DNA from: Cenarchaeum sp.
GTDB lineage: Archaea; Thermoproteota; Nitrososphaeria; Nitrososphaerales; Nitrosopumilaceae
DNA: 64,000 bases
NCBI GenBank assembly: GCA_963693095.2
Contig: OY843768.1
Location: 192,001-256,000, forward strand
Direction of reading: 5' to 3'
Both the position numbers and the translations under genes were made by a program. Numbering within the stretch: the stretch's first letter is position 1; each line of letters begins with the position of its first letter. Positions 58,917 through 64,000 of this stretch are shown piece after piece. The notes under the pieces are model-generated. The model did no database searches, had not been told where the DNA came from, and saw only the letters and a list, made by a program, of their open reading frames with translations.

Positions 58917-59783
58917 ATGACAGCGACTAGGATGGACGGCATCGCCGTGGCCGATGCGGTAAAGTCGCGCGTTGCCGCCGCAGTCGCCGACCTGCGCGAG
59001 CGCGGCACGTCGCCGTGCCTGGCCACGGTTCTCGTCGGCGATGACGCGGCATCTGCGACATACGTGCGCAACAAGCACGCCGCGTGCAAAAAGGCCGGCA
59101 TACTGACGCGCGACCACCGCCTCCAAGGATCAACCACGCAGGCAGAGCTCGCCTCGGTCATCGACGCGCTCAACACCGAGGCCGCAGTCCACGGCATACT
59201 CGTGCAGCTACCACTCCCGCAGCAGATCGACGAGTTCTCATCGACATCGCGCATACTCCCGCCAAAGGACGTCGACGGGCTGACGCCGTTTAGCGCCGGA
59301 ATGCTCGCAGTCAGAAAGGCGGTCCTTGCGCCATGCACGCCCTCGGGAATAATCGAGATGCTCGACCATTATGACATCGGGATCGCCGGCAAGCGCGTGG
59401 CCATCATAAACAGGAGCAACCTCATAGGCAAGCCGCTCTCGCAGATGCTCCTTGCGCGAGACGCGACGGTGACGGTCTGCCATTCCAAAACGCGCGACAT
59501 TGCGCGCCACACGCGCGATGCCGACATTGTCATCAGCGCAGTGGGTGACAGGCAGCGCTTTGAGCTCACACCGGACATGGTCGCCGAGGGCGCCGTGGTC
59601 ATTGACGCCGCAATCCAGAGGCACATGGGCAAGCTTGCCGGCGATGCCGACTATGGCCCGATGGCCGAAAGGGCCTCGCATATCACGCCGGTTCCCGGCG
59701 GCGTCGGGCCGATGACTGTGGCAATGCTCCTGAAAAACACGGTAACTGCGGCCTCGATGATCGCCAATGTCAGTGGAAGCTAA
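58917..59783 (+). CDS. folD: Methylenetetrahydrofolate dehydrogenase/cyclohydrolase
   Basis: YVRNK, HGILVQLPLP, KDVDG, PCTP, TPVPGGVGPMT. Confidence 0.95.
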   Translation: MTATRMDGIAVADAVKSRVAAAVADLRERGTSPCLATVLVGDDAASATYVRNKHAACKKAGILTRDHRLQGSTTQAELASVIDALNTEAAVHGILVQLPLPQQIDEFSSTSRILPPKDVDGLTPFSAGMLAVRKAVLAPCTPSGIIEMLDHYDIGIAGKRVAIINRSNLIGKPLSQMLLARDATVTVCHSKTRDIARHTRDADIVISAVGDRQRFELTPDMVAEGAVVIDAAIQRHMGKLAGDADYGPMAERASHITPVPGGVGPMTVAMLLKNTVTAASMIANVSGS

Positions 59784-60372
59784 AAAGGCCGCGCTGCGCG
59801 CGACGCTTGGCGCGCGGCGCGATGCGCTCTCGCATGACATGGTCACGCTCTGCGAGGAGCATGTCCGCCGGCGCCTTGTGCGCATCGGCGCATACAAGGA
59901 GTCGCGCACCATCGCATGCTATTGGTCAGCCGAGGGCGAGCTTCCCACGCGCAGGGTCGTCCTCGGCGCGCTCTCCGAGGGGAGGCGCGTGTGCCTTCCT
60001 CGCGTGCGCGACGGCGAGCTAGAGTTTGCCGCCGTGAGCGGGCCGGATGATCTCGTGCGCGGCGGCCTCGGGATGCGCGAGCCGGCCCCGCACTGTGAGC
60101 CATGCGGGACCGCCGACATTGCGATCGTGCCGGCCGTTGGCCTCACGCGAGACGGCGCGCGCCTCGGGCGCGGAGGCGGCCACTATGACAGGTTTCTGGC
60201 GGGGTTTTCCGGCGCGTCAATAGCGCTGGCATTTTCAATCCAGGTCGTGCGCTCGCTGCCCGAGGATGCGCATGACATGCGCGTTGACTGGGTGGTGACC
60301 GAGGACTCTGCGTTCGGGCCACTAGGCGCGCGCAATGCCGGCGGCCCCAATGTCGCTGCGGCAGAATCTTGA
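59767..60372 (+). CDS. 5-formyltetrahydrofolate cyclo-ligase
   Basis: K.ALR, EP, VPAVG, RLGRGGGHYDR, HD..VD.VVTE. Confidence 0.92.
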   Translation: MSVEAKKAALRATLGARRDALSHDMVTLCEEHVRRRLVRIGAYKESRTIACYWSAEGELPTRRVVLGALSEGRRVCLPRVRDGELEFAAVSGPDDLVRGGLGMREPAPHCEPCGTADIAIVPAVGLTRDGARLGRGGGHYDRFLAGFSGASIALAFSIQVVRSLPEDAHDMRVDWVVTEDSAFGPLGARNAGGPNVAAAES

Positions 60373-61572
60373 TGCCCACGATATGGGCTCCGCTCGCGCG
60401 TACGCGGCACCCACGGCGCCCTCTAGCGTGTCGCCGAGGGCAGTGACCCCGAGAACCCTTCCGCCTGACGTGAGTGTGCGCCCACCCTCACGCCTGGTGC
60501 CGGCGTGAAAGACTACAGAGTCCTCCGAGTCAGCACCGATTCCGGATATCTCCTCGCCGGTTGGGTATTTGCCGGGATAGCCGCGCGAGGCGAGCACGAC
60601 GCATGCGGCGTGGCGCGCACTCCAGCGCATGGGCTCCATCGACGCAAGCCTGCCGCGCGCGGCCGCATCAAGGTACGCATGGAGGTCAAAGTCGGCCCGT
60701 GCCATTATTGCCTGGCACTCTGGATCCCCCATCCTTGCGTTGAACTCGAGAACGCTAATCTCACCACCCTCGCCGATCATGACTCCCGCATACATGAATC
60801 CGCAAAACGGCATCCCCTCCTCGCGCATTCCGGCCATCGCGCGCTCTATGACGCCAGATTGTATAGAGTCGGCAACACTGCCGTCCACAAACGGCGTCGG
60901 CGAGTACGCGCCCATGCCGCCCGTGTTCGGGCCAGTGTCAGCATCGCCTGCGCGCTTGTGGTCCTGGCTTGCGGCCATTGGCATCGCCGTCGTCCCGTCG
61001 CACAGCGCGATGAACGAGGCCTCGACGCCCTCGAGTCGCTCCTCGAGGACGACGCGCCTGACTCCTGCGCCCATCATGCGCACTATCTCGGCCTCGGCCT
61101 CTGCGGCACTCGAGCATACGCTCACGCCCTTGCCGGCTGCAAGGCCGTCGGCCTTTACGACTAGTGGGCCGGCGCACTCCCTTGCATGGGCGACTGCGCC
61201 ATCCACGTCATCAAATGACGCGTGGGATGGCGTGGGTATGCCGTGGCGCAGCATGAACTCCTTTGACCATGACTTGCTTGACTCTAGGCGCGTCGCGGCG
61301 CTAGTGGGTCCGACAATGCGCAGGCCGACTGCGACAAACTCGTCGGTGATGCCGGCTGCCAGCGGGGCCTCCGGACCGACGACTGTCAGGCATTCATTCT
61401 CGCGCGCAAAGTCGGCGAGCGCGCCTGTGTCGCCGGCCTGTATGTCGACGCTGTTCCTCGTGCCGCCGTTGCCCGGCGCAACGTACACGGTTCCTGCGCC
61501 CCTGCTCTTCGAGAGCCTCCACGCCAGCGCGTGCTCGCGACCGCCAGAGCCCACGACAAGGACATTGCCCAA
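60322..61572 (-). CDS. purD: Phosphoribosylamine--glycine ligase
   Basis: VGSGGREHA, GPEAPL, KADGLAAGKGV, GPNTGGMG, EFNARMGDPE; TTG start inferred. Confidence 0.95.
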   Translation of the reverse strand: MGNVLVVGSGGREHALAWRLSKSRGAGTVYVAPGNGGTRNSVDIQAGDTGALADFARENECLTVVGPEAPLAAGITDEFVAVGLRIVGPTSAATRLESSKSWSKEFMLRHGIPTPSHASFDDVDGAVAHARECAGPLVVKADGLAAGKGVSVCSSAAEAEAEIVRMMGAGVRRVVLEERLEGVEASFIALCDGTTAMPMAASQDHKRAGDADTGPNTGGMGAYSPTPFVDGSVADSIQSGVIERAMAGMREEGMPFCGFMYAGVMIGEGGEISVLEFNARMGDPECQAIMARADFDLHAYLDAAARGRLASMEPMRWSARHAACVVLASRGYPGKYPTGEEISGIGADSEDSVVFHAGTRREGGRTLTSGGRVLGVTALGDTLEGAVGAAYARAEPISWASRFCRSDIGAAGIARA

Positions 61573-61789
61573 CGGCGCGGTGCTGCCGCACGCGTCAATA
61601 TATTCCAAGTAGGGGCGTGCCGGCGCGCGCCCTCGTGATGCCCGCAGTTGCGAGCCTGCGAGGACCAGATGCCCTGCCTCAAAGCGCGCCAGTTCCATGA
61701 AAAGCAGGCGCATCCTGCCGACTCTCGAAAAGGGCGTGTTTGAGGCGAGGTCGTGAGGGTGGTTCGGGTGCTGACTTTGTGCCTAGAAT

Positions 61790-62332
61790 ATGCGCCAAAC
61801 TTTAAAACAGAAGTTAGAGTCTGTTTGGCCAATGGCCAAGCAGGTTACCTTTCCTGATCCCGTGCTCGCTGACAACCAAAAGACCGTGGAACTTCTCATA
61901 AAGAGTGCAAACGGAGACATGGCAAGGATTAGTGAAATCAACGAATGGGGAGTGGCACGCCAAAACAGGATCGACATGCTGTGCCGCTTTGCCGGACTCT
62001 TGGAGAAACATGGCATCATTGGAGGAGACGGCAAGATGAGCAAGATCATGACAGACTTTGTCACAACCCAATGCTTTGCGATTGCCACGCGGCATGGACT
62101 TGATGGCATGGAATACGAGTTCAACGACAGCGAGTCCGGCCCCCTCTCCTCGGATCTCAACATCGACCTCCAGGCCGTCGAGCCAACGCCGGTGGTGTCG
62201 CCCACAGGGCTGTTTGATGCCCCCGAGAACGAGCTGCGATTTCTCGATGCCGTCAGGGGCAAGAATGTTCACGAGCTTGGCGGGATGGCTAGACTGTGCG
62301 TTATAGATGAGAGATACCGCATATACGCATAG
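61790..62332 (+). CDS. Hypothetical protein, YwgA/Panacea-like motif
   Basis: FAIA..HG...YEF...SGPLSSDL..DL resembles the Y.F....GP.S..L..D pattern; AT-richer DNA. Confidence 0.6.
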   Translation: MRQTLKQKLESVWPMAKQVTFPDPVLADNQKTVELLIKSANGDMARISEINEWGVARQNRIDMLCRFAGLLEKHGIIGGDGKMSKIMTDFVTTQCFAIATRHGLDGMEYEFNDSESGPLSSDLNIDLQAVEPTPVVSPTGLFDAPENELRFLDAVRGKNVHELGGMARLCVIDERYRIYA

Positions 62333-62455
62333 CGTGGACATGTCCTCTGATCATGCCTGTATCTACGCACACCGACGTGCCCACAAGCTAAATTCCATAA
62401 ACGCGCCGTGAAGCTTTTTCTGACCGTGGGTGAAAAATCCACCCCCTGTGACCGC

Positions 62456-62617
62456 ATGGCGATGGATTCGCAAAGGGTCGCCCCTATGGCCTCAAGCCAG
62501 TCGTTCCACTCGGAGTGCATGGAGTACCTTGAGCACCTGCGCCGGACGGGCAGGGAGGACTATGCGTTTGAGGACGAGTACTATTTCACGATGCCAGCAG
62601 TCTCCGGCTCTACCTGA
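62456..62617 (+). CDS. Small hypothetical protein
   Basis: FHSECMEYLEHLRRTGREDYAFEDEYYFTMP; backbone-like codon usage. Confidence 0.5.
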   Translation: MAMDSQRVAPMASSQSFHSECMEYLEHLRRTGREDYAFEDEYYFTMPAVSGST

Positions 62618-63136
62618 GACGAGCTGCCGATTGGTGCTGTAGTGTGTGTTACGCCCCCGGGAACAGTTCTTAATCCTTTTTTCCGCGTCCTCAAAGGGAT
62701 CATACTTTTTCTTTCTCGTCCAATACATCGGCTCGGTGATATCCCAGTCCTTGATCATCCTAGTGGCCCACTCGGCATCTGTCTCCTTTCCGTCCTTGTA
62801 TGGCACGACCTCCCTTGCGCGACGGCTCATTTGAGCATTATGCGAATTTTGGCTCTGTTTCACAACCCGGTTCCAGACGCGCCGCCCTAGCGCCTTTATC
62901 GGCAATCTGTACTTTCTTGACGTGTCGTTTGTGCTCAGTTGCCTATCCTGTTTTTGGCCACCCTCATGACCAGATCTCAACCTTTCTTCCTCTTCCTCGA
63001 AAGGATCGCGCTTTTTCTTTCTCGTCCAATACATCGGCTCGGTGATATCCCAGTCCTTGATCATCCTGGTGGCCCATTCCTCCTTTGTCTCCTTTCCGTC
63101 CTTGTCTGGCACGACCCCTATTACGCGACGGCTCAT
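62492..63136 (-). CDS. Hypothetical protein formed from a 306-bp tandem duplication
   Basis: MSRR..VVP.KDGKET..EWATRMIKDWDITEPMYWTRKKK.DPFE occurs twice (ATGs at 63136 and 62830). Confidence 0.55.
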   Translation of the reverse strand: MSRRVIGVVPDKDGKETKEEWATRMIKDWDITEPMYWTRKKKRDPFEEEEERLRSGHEGGQKQDRQLSTNDTSRKYRLPIKALGRRVWNRVVKQSQNSHNAQMSRRAREVVPYKDGKETDAEWATRMIKDWDITEPMYWTRKKKYDPFEDAEKRIKNCSRGRNTHYSTNRQLVSGRAGDCWHREIVLVLKRIVLPARPAQVLKVLHALRVERLA

Positions 63137-63164
63137 TTAGGCATTATGCAAATTTTGACGCACA

Positions 63165-63275
63165 GGGCAGGCATTCCCGACCCGCCCTTGCTAGTGCGGG
63201 CGTTGTCTAGGTGTGGGTAGTTCGGCAGGATCGCGCCTATTTGACCAAGTGGGCAGAGCGGTGATAACCGCATAC
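63165..63275 (-). mobile_element. Degenerate IS66-derived MITE copy
   Basis: Reverse complement begins gtatgcggttatcaccgctctgcccacttggtcaaataggcgcgatcctgccg; distal boundary uncertain. Confidence 0.78.
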
Positions 63276-63484
63276 ATTTTGACGTCCGAGGCCTAGTTGT
63301 GGGCAGGTCGGCGCGCCCTGTCCGTCCATGCCTCCGCTCACCCGGCTTTCGTTCACACGGGATGACCACGCGCGCACAATCCCGGCGCAAGATGGCGCCC
63401 ATCTCTGATGCCCATCGGGTGTCCGGCCGGACGGCTGACCCGTCCGCCATTAAGTTATAACGAGCCAGATTGTGCCGTCCTGCA

Positions 63485-64000
63485 ATGCTCAAGGTTGTAG
63501 CCGACGCAGGCGCCATGGCAAGCGGGGAGCTTGGACGGATGCTCGAGTCCGGCGAGCTGCGAGGCTCGGGAATCATCGTTCCGGCCGCGGTGATCGACGA
63601 GCTTCACGCGATGGCGACCTCGGGGGACTCGCGCGGCACGCGAGGACTAGACGAGATTGCGCAACTCCAGCGCAGCGCAGCCGAGGCCGGAACGTCGATC
63701 AGGGTGGTCGGCGAGGGCGCCCCGTTCACCGACAATGCGCCCTCTGACAGGGCCGCAGTTGCGGCCACGGTGCGAAAGATCGCCCTAGAGTCCGGCGCGA
63801 CCCTGTGCACAGCGAGCCGCGCGCACGAGCTTGCGGCGGCCGCGGCCGGAATTGCAGTCAAGAGGTGCAGGGTTCAGGGCCAGGGCGAGCGCCCGTGGTT
63901 TCTGCGATACTTTGATGAGACGACGATGAGCGTTCACATAAAGGAGGGCCTGCCGCCAATGGCAAAACGCGGAAAGCCGGGCAGCGTGTCACTCGTCGAG
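63485..64000 (+). CDS. PIN-domain ATPase (PINA/VapC-ATPase) N-terminus, runs off the window
   Basis: MLKVVAD..IIVPAAVIDEL...GTRGLDEI..L; YFDETTMSVHIKEGLPPMAKRGKPG. Confidence 0.85.
   Translation, partial: MLKVVADAGAMASGELGRMLESGELRGSGIIVPAAVIDELHAMATSGDSRGTRGLDEIAQLQRSAAEAGTSIRVVGEGAPFTDNAPSDRAAVAATVRKIALESGATLCTASRAHELAAAAAGIAVKRCRVQGQGERPWFLRYFDETTMSVHIKEGLPPMAKRGKPGSVSLVE

Noticed and set aside
262-63861. Many long antisense or overlapping ORFs in the track (e.g. 50336-51811, 52640-53698, 36032-37255, 60629-61612)
   Set aside because: Shadow ORFs of GC-rich real genes, with low-complexity R/A/S/P-rich translations.

Overview
GC-rich chromosomal segment of an ammonia-oxidising archaeon (Nitrososphaerota/Thaumarchaeota). 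The assignment rests on amoB, two PEFG-CTERM proteins, a CFI-box-CTERM tail and archaeal ribosomal proteins L15e and S19e. High GC, many IS remnants and large adhesin-like proteins suggest a host-associated (e.g. sponge) lineage, but that is inference. The backbone is housekeeping: mdh, larC-larE-iscS, 2-oxoacid:ferredoxin oxidoreductase, ABC transporters, thiolase/DUF35, nrdJ, tRNA-Gly, tRNA-Glu, pstSCAB-phoU, folD, purD and PINA. The most striking feature is three non-autonomous cargo units built from defective IS of three families: IS5/IS903-like (35715-38264), ISH3/IS4-like (21748-23530) and IS66-like (45239-46650). Each has the layout left end - transposase C-terminal stub - inner right end - cargo gene(s) - outer right end, with exact or near-exact flanking duplications. 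A ~113-bp IS66-derived MITE family occurs at least 7 times; one copy is split by an intact IS630 and one is fused to rpp21. Other candidates are an HTH + ATP-cone + apparently inactive class III RNR protein upstream of nrdJ with a phased palindromic repeat, and unannotated Cys-rich microproteins including a metallothionein-like peptide.
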